DNA of 64,000 nucleotides from Octopus sinensis (Eukaryota): NCBI RefSeq assembly GCF_006345805.1, contig NW_021833244.1, positions 1 to 64,000 of the forward strand, read 5' to 3'. Shown piece by piece: positions 1 to 9,936 of this stretch (position 1 is its first letter; each line of letters starts with the position of its first letter). The notes under the pieces were generated by a model. It saw only the letters and a program-made list of their open reading frames with translations, ran no database searches and was not told where the DNA came from. The position numbers and the translations under genes were made by a program.

Positions 1-352
1 GGCAAGTCTCTTCTACTATAGCCAGGCCGACCAAAGCCTTGTGAGTGGATTTGGTAGATGGAAAAACTGAAAGAAGCCCATCATCGTATATGTATGTATA
101 TATATATATAATATGTGTGTGTGTGGTGTGTGTTTGTGTGTCTGTGTTTGTCCCCCTAGCATTGCTTGACAACCGATGCTGGTGTGTTTATGTCCCCGTC
201 ACTCTAGCGGTTCGGCAAAAGGGACCGATAGAATAAGTACTGGGCTTACAAAAGAATAAGTCCTGGGGTCGAGATACTCGACGAAAGGTGGTGCTCCAGC
301 TGGACGGCCGCAGTCAAATGACTGAAACAAGAGTAAGAGTAAAAAGAGAGAG
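1..352 (+). mobile_element. Family A composite SINE (CORE-like left module + microsatellite + right module), cut by window edge
   Basis: CTTGGGCAAGT CORE-like motif; right module ends (GAGTAAAA)n. Resembles octopus OR2-type CORE-SINEs from memory. Confidence 0.8.
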
Positions 353-649
353 AGAGTCAGTATTATTTCCATTTTACGCATAATTTAGACGACCATTTAT
401 TCAACCGCATCTTGTATATAACAAGCCAAGTAGCAAGTTGTAAAATCTCAGCCACTTGCTTGATGCAAATCAGTGATTGAAGGGTCACTTTGTCTATATA
501 TTGCTTGCTGGAGTGGACTCTGGCCATCTCTCTGGCAAACCAGGTGTTCACGACTGAAAATGAGCAAACTAGCTCAAAACTGAATCGGTCTCACACCCTG
601 TCAAGTGTAATAGGTGGGTAGGGGTTTGCTCCCTGCTTGCAATATAAAC

Positions 650-1110
650 AGAGTGCAGGCTACACTATAAAACAGCTGGAGAAGATCTGCCTGGGGTTAA
701 ACTAATAGTAACATTGAACAGCCATATTAATGCAGCAATTAACTTACTTTTACCATCGTTACAAACACATAACTCTGAGCACTTTTCAAACTCCACCCAT
801 CTAAAACCCGTGGACATATTACAAAAGTCAGAAAGAAAAACGCAGCTCCCATGAATTCCGAAACAATTTTTCACGCTGGGAGTTGATGAAGAATGGAACA
901 AACTGCCGGCATCAGTTGTTAGTTGTCGGAGCACTGCATCCTTCAAAACTTCCATGCTTCCTGAGATTCGCCAACACTACACCTGATTTTCCCCCCTCCA
1001 TACACACACAAGCATGTATCTGACTCATACATTGTTCGCTTTCCGACATTCTACATTACTGCTGTACTTTATATGCACTTCTGACAAGTTGTGGGTGCAC
1101 CTGAGCACTG
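650..1110 (+). mobile_element. CR1-like LINE 3' fragment (decayed)
   Basis: Broken frame RGH..KVRK....FFTL.V.EEWNKLPASVVSCRSTASFKTSMLPEIRQHYT; same family as 38625-39290. Confidence 0.75.
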
Positions 1111-1223
1111 TATACAATAATTTCATATATCATATTATATATATATATATTTATATATATGTATATATATACAAACACAATAATACATGTGTGGTGTGTA
1201 TCTATCCATCTGTATTGTGTGTG

Positions 1224-1258
<35 letters not shown>

Positions 1259-1261
<3 letters not shown>

Positions 1262-1558
1262 GAGGCGCAATGGGCCAGTGGTTAGGGCAGTGGACTCACA
1301 GTCGTAGGTCCGTTTTGATTCAGAGAGGGTGTTGTGAGTGTTTATTGAGCGAAAAAACCCTAAAGCTCCACGAGGCTCCGGCGGGGGGGTGGTGATCCCT
1401 GCTGTACTCTTTCGCCACAATTTCTCTCACTCTTTCTTCTGTCGGCCTGCTTGCTTAGCAGAGGAGTGACGTCATTTGAAGTTATTTAAAAAAACTGCGA
1501 AACGCATTGTGACCAGCTATGTGTAACAACATCTCATAGCTGGTCGATCACGGTGATA
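1259..1558 (+). mobile_element. Family B tRNA-headed SINE (short tail)
   Basis: GGAGGCGCAATGGGCCAGTGGTTAGGGCAG head (A box) with a degenerate B box; ends GGTCGATCACGGTGATA. Confidence 0.75.
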
Positions 1559-1578
1559 TATATATAAATAAATATATA

Positions 1579-1619
<41 letters not shown>

Positions 1620-1717
1620 TATATATATATATTATATATATAATATATATATATCATCATCATCATCATCGTTTAGCCATCCGCTAGCATGGAAACGGAC
1701 GCTAAACGATGATGATG

Positions 1718-1749
<32 letters not shown>

Positions 1750-1801
1750 ATTGGTGAATTGAAGAATGGAGCTGAACGCAGATTGAACAGAAATAGTTTT
1801 A

Positions 1802-1890
1802 TTTCATTCTACACGTGTTTCGAAAGGCACAAATTACCAAAATCCGATGAATAATGGGACCATATTGTGTCTTTCTCTTCAGGAAGAAAA
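1802..1890 (-). ncRNA. Type I hammerhead ribozyme motif (canonical core)
   Basis: UUUUCUUC-CUGAAGA-GAAAGACACAA...UUGUGCCUUUC-GAAA-C-ACGU-GUA/GAAUGAAA: stem II 10/11 bp, palindromic stem III, predicted cleavage between 1810 and 1809. Confidence 0.75.
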
Positions 1891-2881
1891 AAAGGAAATC
1901 CGTTGGAAAAACAAAAACAGACACAGAGGCAGCAGCCAAAAAAACAAATCGAACTGTGTCCTAAGAGCCCATGGCGAAAACTGTTTATCAGTGTATGTTG
2001 AGAACCGGTGGGCTGAGAATTCAACAGGTCAGGCATCGGTCAATCATGTGGGTGGTTGGGTGTATAGATGTTCTTTGTGACCGAGAATAAAGTTCTGACT
2101 ATTTAAAGAATATTGGATGCTTTATAAGGGGCGAGAAAAAATCTACTTAGAGCGTGTGTGTGTGTATACTGTTCTATATATGTGTGTGTTGGCGTAGGGG
2201 TAGAAAACATTTTTTTGTGTACCGTGTGCGTTTGATCGTTCGGCTGTCAGTGGCTACTGCCGTGATAACCGTTGGGTGGCAGAAAGAAAAAAAAAAAAAA
2301 GTAAAGAAATTATATATATATATTATGTTTTATGTGTGTGTGTGTGTGTTTTCATCTAGCCTGCCTTGACAAGGAAACCCCACGCTGTGAAAAAAAAACA
2401 AGCCCCGTTTGTCTTACAGGAGTAATTTCCCTTGCAGTGGTTAATTGTAGATATCTTAAAAGCTATTCAGAATTTGTTACCAAGGGCTATGGGTGCCGGT
2501 CTTATTTATAAACGCTATTTAAGGCCAGATAAGTGTAACGCCGCCAATGGGGGCATCGAAAAAGCCGACTGTAAGAGCCCGTTTACCATCCGGCCTCTGC
2601 GCAAACAAAATATGGAAGAGTTCGGAGACACAAAGGTGTTGCACTGTCTTCTGCCCCTATCAAATGGGAGGGCCACCGAAAAAATTGACCATTCCAGCCT
2701 ATAGCTTAAGTTCGCATCCTTCAGTCGCATATTAGCTTACCAATGCAAGGTTTACACGGACTCAGATGCCTTCACTTATATAGGGGCATCATCCTCAAGA
2801 TTGTCTTTGCGTGTCTCCAACCATTACGCAACTTTTCGGGACGTGAACAAGCGCCAGACCACGGGACTCAGTAAGCTAATA

Positions 2882-2912
<31 letters not shown>

Positions 2913-3252
2913 GGTGGTGATGTGGCAGGCATACTCTCAAGCTATAAGGATGTGAATATAAATGGAATGGTGGGGGATTGCTCAGGGTGTGAGATTAGAG
3001 GGGGAGGCCACCACAAAAGTGCATAGAGGGAGGAGGGAAGGAAAAGAAGAGGCAGTGAATGGTGAAACATGAGAACTGTGTGTGTGTGTGTGTGCGTGTG
3101 TGAGAGAGTGTGTGTGTGTGTGTGTGAGTGTACTAAATCTATTCACAAGGTTTTGGTCATCGTGAAGTTAAGAGTAGAAAACACTTGGCTTAGGTTACAT
3201 GTAGTGAGAGAGTATCGTGATAAGCAGAATGCTTACCACACAGCCTTGTCTC

Positions 3253-3289
<37 letters not shown>

Positions 3290-3293
<4 letters not shown>

Positions 3294-3603
3294 AGGCGCA
3301 ATGGCCCAGTGGTTAGGGCAGCGGACTCGCGGTCATAGGATCACGGTTTCGATTCCTAGACTAGGCATTGTGAATGTTTATTGAGCCAGTGCTTTACTCA
3401 TCATTTATTTATTCGTCTTATGTATATATATGTATGTATGTATATATATATACATGCATGTATGTATGTATATATATATATATATATATATATGGCCTGC
3501 TCACTTAGCCAGCATGGTGGCGTCATTTGAAGGCTAAAACAATGCGAAGCGCATTGTGACCTGCGATGTATAGCAACATCTCATAGCCTGGTCGGTCACG
3601 GTG
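3290..3603 (+). mobile_element. Family B SINE (short tail, internal microsatellite)
   Basis: Head with GGTTTCGATTCC B box; same tail as 1259-1558. Confidence 0.75.
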
Positions 3604-3744
3604 ATATATATATATATATATATATATAAATAAGTATGTACGAGTAAACACAAAATGTGAAACAACGTGGAAAAAGGAGTACTCAAATACCAGGGGCGGT
3701 AGAGTAATATGCTTTATTTAAAAGCAACAGAAAATTCAACAAAA

Positions 3745-3783
3745 CCTGTTACTCTGAGTTTCACGTTCCTGTTCGTCGGACAG
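3745..3783 (-). ncRNA. Hammerhead-like motif with CCGACGA core variant
   Basis: CUGU-CCGACGA-ACAGGAACGU-GAAA-C-UCAGA-GUA/ACAGG: 4-bp stem I, short stem II, near-palindromic stem III. Confidence 0.6.
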
Positions 3784-3818
3784 TCCGATGAACGGGAACG
3801 TGAAACCAGAGTAACAGG
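3783..3818 (+). ncRNA. Hammerhead-like motif with CCGAUGA core variant (inverted partner)
   Basis: GU-CCGAUGA-ACG(GGAA)CGU-GAAA-C-CAGA-GUA/ACAGG; stem I 5' strand is cut by the fold-back junction GGACAGTCC. Confidence 0.5.
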
Positions 3819-4807
3819 TTTTGTTGAATTTTCTGGCTTTTAAATACTAGTATATATTATATAATATAATATATATATACTCATGACAATGAGAGGGGCG
3901 AGAAAAAGGGGACATGAGAGAGAGAAAGGGTACATGCAAAGAGGAAGGAAGACATAGAGGGAAAAAGGGGACATGAGAGGGTGAGAAAAAGGGGACATGA
4001 GAGAGAGAAAGGGTACATGAAAGAGAGAAGGAAGACATAAGAGGGAAAAAGGGGACATGAGAGAGTGAGAAAAAGGGGACATGAGCACACGCACATACAC
4101 TGTGGTCAACATTAACTTTGGTAGTCTTTTTATGTCAATGGTACTGTAAAAAAAGTTTGTGATACACATAAGCCTTGAACATATATTACACACACACACA
4201 CAGATGGGGAGTGAGAGCTGTACAAGCACAGCATCCTATATCTTGGCCAAGTGATGTTGGTCATAGCATCATGTTCAGCTGACACATAATAGGCAGAGGT
4301 GGTGGTGGTGGTGGTGGTGGTGGTGGTGGTGGTGGTGGTGCAATAAAGGAATGACACGAAGCGCAATCTACAGAGTGGACATTAGTCACTGGTGGGTAAC
4401 AGTGGGGGGAGTGGGGGGGGGGGGGAGATAATGTTGGTGGTGGTCATGGGGATGGTAGGCGATAGTGAAGTTATAAGATGGGCTGGTGAAAAGGCTGAGA
4501 GGCGAGATGATCTGTGGGTGTTGTGTGTGTGTGTGAGCACATGCAGACAGGTGCATATATATAATATATATATATTATATATATATATATATATATTGTA
4601 TAGGTGGTGTGGTGTGTGTGGGTATCATATAACACACACATGTATGTATGTAGGTATGTATGAATGAATGAATGAATGCATATCTCTCTCTATATATACA
4701 TATATATACACACAACTATACGTATATATATGTGACTATGGGTGTGTATATATAATTGTACTTACATATCTATGAATATATAAGTATGCATATGTGTGTG
4801 TGTGTAG

Positions 4808-4859
<52 letters not shown>

Positions 4860-5004
4860 TATGGGTTAGGAGGGCATCCAGCTGTAGAAAACACTGCAGA
4901 TCAGACTGGGCCTGGTGCAACCTTCGAGCTCGCCAGACCCCAGTTGAACCGTCCAACCCATGCTAGCATGGAAACCGGACGCTAAACGATGATGATGATA
5001 TATA

Positions 5005-5200
5005 TATACCGGGGTAAACACATAAATGTGGAACAAGGTGGAAAAAAGAGTACTCAAATACCAGTGGTAGAGTAATATGCTTTATTTAAAGCAGCAGAAA
5101 ATTCAACAAAACCTGTTACTCTGAGTTTCCCGTTGCCGTTCGTCGGACAGTTTTTGCTAGCAAAAATCTTCTGAATTTTCTGCTGCTTTAAATAAAGTAT
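5005..5200 (-). mobile_element. Second copy of Penelope-like family 1 with partial fold-back
   Basis: Near-identical to 3640-3783; terminal arm GAATTTTCTGCTGCTTTAAATAAAG inverts 5078-5104. Confidence 0.55.
5112..5150 (-). ncRNA. Hammerhead-like motif with CCGACGA core variant (third copy of this family)
   Basis: CUGU-CCGACGA-ACG(GCAA)CGG-GAAA-C-UCAGA-GUA/ACAGG. Confidence 0.55.
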
Positions 5201-5428
5201 ATATATATATATATATATATATAATAACGACGTTAGAAATTTGAAAAGCTAAACGCGAAACCGGTCTTTCTTCTAAACTATGTCATTGTAAGAAAAAAAA
5301 ATGTTTAATATTCTTCAGATATATTGACTCAAATATATATTTTTTAACCTTTAAGCCTTCTGTAGTTTTTTCACTTTTTACTATTTTCTATATATTCAAC
5401 CACGTGCTTTCACAAACCAACTTTCTTA

Positions 5429-5463
<35 letters not shown>

Positions 5464-5626
5464 CCTTACAGTAGTCTGGAACAACTGAATCTTAGTCAGT
5501 CAGTTAAAGGGCTCCACTACCTCAAATGTTCTTGAAATTTAAATCCACATCTTTGTCTATATACCTACCTTCTCTATAATGTTGCCACTTGATATGAAAA
5601 TGTTTGTATTAATGGAAAACCTCTAT

Positions 5627-5718
5627 AATTGGCTGATGAGTGCTCAGCATTTTAAAACTGTTGTAATACTTAAAACATTTAATAAAATGATATGTATACG
5701 AAACGATCGTACCAAATT
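5627..5718 (+). ncRNA. Type I hammerhead ribozyme motif (canonical core, long stem II)
   Basis: AAUUGG-CUGAUGA-GUG...UAC-GAAA-C-GAUC-GUA/CCAAAUU; predicted cleavage after 5711; CAUUUU/AAAAUG extends stem II. Confidence 0.7.
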
Positions 5719-5767
5719 TACCGGAGTCATTCTTGTTGCTTATTTTGAGTATATATATATATATATG

Positions 5768-6063
5768 TGGAGGCGCAATGGCCTAGCGGACTCTCGGACG
5801 TAGGATCGCAGTTTCGATTCCTAGACCGGGCGTTGTGTGAGTGTTTATTGAGCGAAAACACCTAAAGCTCCACGGGCTCCGGCAGGGGGGTGGTGGCGAT
5901 CCCTGCAGTACTCTTCGCCACAACTTTCTCTCACTCTTTCTTCTGTTGGCCTGCTCGCTTAGCCAGCGGCGGGGTGGCATCATTTGAAGGCTAAAAAAAA
6001 TGCGAAGCGCATTGTGACCAGCGATGTGTAACAACATCTGATGGCCCTGGTCGGTCACGGTGA
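5768..6063 (+). mobile_element. Family B SINE (short tail)
   Basis: Same head, body and tail as 1259-1558. Confidence 0.8.
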
Positions 6064-6072
6064 TCACGGTTG

Positions 6073-6119
<47 letters not shown>

Positions 6120-6122
<3 letters not shown>

Positions 6123-6519
6123 GGAGTGGCTGTGTGGTAAGTAGCTTGCTAGCCAACCACATGGTTCCGGGTTCAGTCCCACTGCCGTGGCACCTTGGGC
6201 AAGTGTCTTCTACTAAAGCCTCGACCCAACAAAGCCTTGTGAGTGAGTATTTGGTAGACGGAACTGAAAGAAGCCTGGTGTATATATGTGTATATATATA
6301 TATATATGGGTGTGTGTGTGTGTTTGTCCCCCTAGCATTGCTTGACAGCCGATGCTGGTGTGTTTACGTCCACGTCACTTAGCGGTTCAGCAAAAGAGAC
6401 CGATAGAATAAGTACTAGGCTTACAAAGAATAAGTCCCGGGGTTGATTTGCTTGACTAAAGGCGGTGCTCCAGCATGGCCACAGTCAAATGACTGAAACA
6501 AGTAAAAGAGTAAAAGAGT
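6120..6519 (+). mobile_element. Family A composite SINE
   Basis: GCAGGAGTGGCTGTGTGGTAAG head with GGTTCAGTCCC B-box-like motif; both modules present. Confidence 0.85.
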
Positions 6520-6590
6520 ATACAGGGTGTCCATAAAGTCATTTTACAATTTAAAAAATTTATTACAAAAACAAATAAATTATTATTATC
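6520..6590 (+). mobile_element. Mariner-like terminal inverted repeat fragment
   Basis: TATACAGGGTGTCCATAAAGTC matches the ends at 17284 and 57857. Confidence 0.5.
6559..6564 (-). terminator. Candidate AATAAA poly(A) signal of the PKDCC-like gene
   Basis: First AATAAA on the minus strand, about 39 nt after the stop, followed by T-rich sequence; no transcript evidence. Confidence 0.35.
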
Positions 6591-6602
6591 GTAAGATCAT
6601 TA

Positions 6603-6823
6603 CTAACCAGCTTTAGCCAGCAATTTAGTGAAGACGTCCACCAAATATTCTGTGCTGATCTGCAGACTCTGTAGTTGACCAATGATGACACTGATGGCCT
6701 TCTTGGATTGTGGAGGCACGTTGACCATCAATGGTAACAGCATGTGGTCAGACACCATCTTCAGGTTCAGCTTCTCGTTGAGGCCAACGCATTTCTTCTT
6801 CAGACACTGGATTCCAGGGACCT
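6603..6823 (-). CDS. PKDCC: Terminal coding exon of the PKDCC/VLK-like protein
   Basis: Acceptor ctctcttccaccag. The phase-1 junction G+AG gives Glu in frame with the previous exon, then VPGIQCLKKKCVGLNEKLNLKMVSDHMLLPLMVNVPPQSKKAISVIIGQLQSLQISTEYLVDVFTKLLAKAG and TAG TAA. CVGLNEKLNL resembles recalled PKDCC CEGMNEKRNL. Confidence 0.88.
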
Positions 6824-8043
6824 CTGGTGGAAGAGAGATGAGAGAGTGAGGTGTCATCAAGGGAGAGGAAATGGAGAGAGAGATGGGAAGGGTCGAAAGG
6901 AAGAGAGGGAACATTGGGGGAGAAAGAGAGAGGAAGGGGAGGAGAGACAGAGAAATGGGACATGAAAGAGAGAAGGAAGGCATAAGAGAGAAAAAGGGGA
7001 CATGACAGCGAGAAAATGGGGATAACAGAGAGTGAGAAAAGGTGACATGAAAGAGAGAAGGAAGACGTAAGAGAGGAAAAGGGGAGATGAGAGAGCGAGA
7101 AAAAGGGGACATCAGAGGGGACACTGAAAGAAAAAATGGGAAATGAGAGAGAAAAAGGGGACATGAGAGAGGAAAGGGAATATGAGAGAGAAAAGGAAAT
7201 ATGAGAGAGAGAAAGGGTACATGAAAGAGAGAAGGAAGACATAACAGGGAAAAAGGGGACATGAGAGAGTGAGAAAAAGGGGACATGAGAGAGAGAAAGG
7301 GTACATGAAAAAGAGAAGGAAGACATAAGAGGGAAAAAGGGGACATGAGAGGGTGAGAAAAAGGGGACATGAGAGAGAGAAAGGGTACATGAAAAAGAGA
7401 AGGAAGACATAAGAGGGAAAAAGGGGACATGAGAGGGTGAGAAAAAGGGGTCATGAGAGAGAGAAAGACATAAGAGGGTGAGAAAAAGGGGTTATCAGAG
7501 AGTGAGAAAAGGGGACATGAGAGAGGACATTGAGAAAGAGAGAGAGAGAAAAGGGGACATAAGAGGGTGAGAAAAATGGGACATTGAAAGAAAAAAATGG
7601 GACATGAGAGAGAAAAAGGGGACATGAAAGAGAAAAAAGAATGTGAGAGAGGGAAAGGGAATGTGAGAGAGAAAAAGGGGACGTGAGAGAAAAAGGGGAT
7701 GTGAGAGAAAAAGGGGACGTGAGAGAAAAAGGGGACGAGAGAGAAAAAGGGGATATAAGAGAGAAAAGGGAATATGATAGAGAAAAAGGGATTATGAGAG
7801 AGATATGGGACATGAGAGAGGAAAAGGGAATGTGAGAGAGAAAAAGGGGACGAGAGAGAATAAGGGAATGTGAGAGAGAAAAAGGGAACATGAGAGAAAA
7901 AGGGGACATAAGAGAGAAAAGGGAATATGAGAGAAAGGTTACATGAGGGAGAGAGAGAGAGAGGAGACAACAGACAGGGGTCTATAGATAGGGGACAGAT
8001 GACAAGAAAAGCAGATATGTAAAACTGTCAACGTCCACCTTAC
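6824..8043 (-). repeat. Last intron, largely a degenerate GA-rich minisatellite (GAGAGAAAAAGGGGACAT-type units)
   Basis: GT-AG boundaries with compatible phase; repeated AAAAAGGGGACATGAGAG motifs across about 6830-7970 explain the S/P/F/L-rich ORFs here. Confidence 0.85.
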
Positions 8044-8239
8044 CTTTGTTTTTAAGGTGCTCATAACACTGCTCCAGGCTGGTGCAAGGGTATTCTCCAA
8101 CGACCAGGTCATCAAGGTCGGACAACTTTATCTGGTCCCCAACAACCACAAAGTCTTCGCTCTTCAGCCTCTGTATCCGCAAACTGCCCAGGGGAGAATG
8201 ACTGATGTAGTTGATGATTGATGAGATTTGGTAGATGAC
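8044..8239 (-). CDS. PKDCC: Penultimate coding exon of a PKDCC/VLK-like kinase-fold protein (subdomains VIa-VII)
   Basis: Acceptor ctttattcacag and donor AAAG|gtaagg bound 196 nt (65 codons +1): VIYQISSIINYISHSPLGSLRIQRLKSEDFVVVGDQIKLSDLDDLVVGEYPCTSLEQCYEHLKNK. Matches recalled human PKDCC [52 protein letters not shown] (HSPLGS, F-V-x-V, DLDD, E-x-PC). Symbol denotes family; orthology not tested. Confidence 0.9.
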
Positions 8240-8355
8240 CTGTGAATAAAGATTGAGAAGGAAAAAATGGCGGTGAGGTAGACGCGAGGGACTCGGTGTG
8301 GTGGACATGTGGTGGTGAGGTGGACGGGACGTGGTTATTAGCAAGGTTATATGAA

Positions 8356-8587
8356 GGCGGCGAGCTGGTAGAATCGTTAGCGCGCTGGGCGAAATGCTTA
8401 GTGGTATTTCGTCAGTCGTTACGTTCTGAGTTCAAATTCCGCCGAGGTCAACTTTGCCTTTCATCCTTTCGGGGTCGATAAATAAATTACCAGTTTCGCA
8501 CTGGGGTCAATGTAATCGACTTAATACCTATGTCTGTCCTTGTTTGTCCCCTCTGTGTTTAGCCCCTTGTGGGTAGTAAAGAAATAG
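8356..8587 (+). mobile_element. Family C SINE (GACTTTGCCTTTCATCCTTTCGGGGTCGATAAA central domain) with target-site duplication
   Basis: GGCGGCGAGCTGG head; flanked by GGTTAT(T/C)AGCAAGG on both sides. Central domain resembles Meta-type SINE domains from memory. Confidence 0.8.
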
Positions 8588-8984
8588 GTTATCAGCAAGG
8601 CTGACCTGTGGTGGATGGGAGATGGACTCGTGTGGGTTAGGTGTGTGATGTGAGTGTGGGTTGGGACATGTGGCAGGGTGGAAATGGTGGGAATGTGGAG
8701 TGGACATGTGGCGTGAATGTGAGTGAGATGTGGTGTGGGTATTGGGTCAACATGTGGGATGTTGTAAGGTAGACCTGGGCTGGACATGTACAAATTTGGG
8801 ACAGACATGTGGCATCAGTGTGAGACAGATACATGGTATGAATGTGGGATGGACATGTGGTATGAGCTAGTCACATGGTATGAGTATGAGTGTAGGATAG
8901 ACATGCAGTGTGAGTGTAAGGTAGACATGGTACCAGCATGGTAGACACATGTGGTATCACTAGTGTCAACATGTGTCAGACCAC

Positions 8985-9362
8985 CACGTCTTTTATTTAG
9001 ACATTCAGACATAGTGTATCTAGGACTACATTAGCAAATGTGCCCTTCCATGTTATTGTTGTTTAACCCCAGGTCACTCCTGATCCAGCAGACCTATGAT
9101 CAAAAATGTTCCAACTATGACCATCCTGTCTTTTATTCAGACATAGCATATCTAGGACTACATTATCCAATGTATCCTTTTTTTCCTTTGTTGCTGTTTA
9201 ACCCCAGGTCAGTCCTGATCCAGCAGACCTATGATCAAAGATGTTCTAGTTGTGAGCACCCAGTCTTTTATTCAGACATAGTGCATCTAGGACTACATTA
9301 TCTAATGTATCCTTTTGTCTTTCCATGTTCTTGTTTAGCCCAGGTCAGTCCCTGCTCCAGCA
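8985..9362 (+). repeat. About 136-bp tandem repeat (2.7 units) of a dispersed element
   Basis: TTTAACCCCAGGTCA at about 9062, 9197 and 9334; related copy at 32010-32130. Confidence 0.75.
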
Positions 9363-9565
9363 CACGATAAGTAGTGGTAGCACTGTAAAACTGCTGGCTG
9401 CTTCATTACTCTGCAGAACTTCTGTATTGGTTGCTCCCGAGGCTCTGGGGATCCCACACTGGGTCCCTAGAGGAATATTCCAATTTCTGCATGACTGTAT
9501 GCGTATGTATGTATGTGAGCGTATGTGTATATAAGTATGTATGTATATATGTATATCAGTATGTA

Positions 9566-9620
<55 letters not shown>

Positions 9621-9705
9621 TATGTATGTATGTATGTATGTATGTATGTGTATGTATGTATGTATGTACATATGGAGCATGTATGTGTGAGTGTATATAT
9701 TAGTA

Positions 9706-9936
9706 TATCGAGCTGGCAGAATCGTTAGCATGCTGTGCGAAATGCTTAGCAGTATTTCATCTGCTGTTAAGTTCTGAGTTCAAATTCCGCCGAGGTCGAC
9801 TTTGCCTTTCATCCTTTCGGGGTCGATAAATTAAGTACCAGTTAAGCACTGGGGTCGATGTAATCGACTTAATACCTATGTCTGTCCATGTTTGTCCCCT
9901 CTATGTTCAGCCCCTTGTGGGTAATAAAGAAATAGG
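9706..9936 (+). mobile_element. Family C SINE
   Basis: Full-length match to 8356-8587. Confidence 0.8.

Larger units (their letters stand above)
3610..3845. mobile_element. Fold-back remnant of a Penelope-like element (family 1)
   Basis: Inverted arms centred near 3782, each carrying a hammerhead-like motif; flanked by TA-rich tracts; same sequence as 5005-5200. Penelope assignment is inferred from the motif type. Confidence 0.55.

Noticed and set aside
363-600. Short unique ORF-like segment (NTWFAREMARVH...)
   Set aside because: No splice-site pair or recognisable domain; too little evidence to call.
1883-2092. Apparent + strand terminal exon (acceptor ctttctcttcag, AATAAA at 2087)
   Set aside because: The acceptor is the reverse complement of the hammerhead core CTGAAGAGAAAG; no recognisable protein.
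6824-7970. N-terminal about 380 aa of the 455-aa ORF 6603..7970
   Set aside because: Translation of an intronic GA-rich minisatellite; only the part after the acceptor at 6824 is kinase-like.
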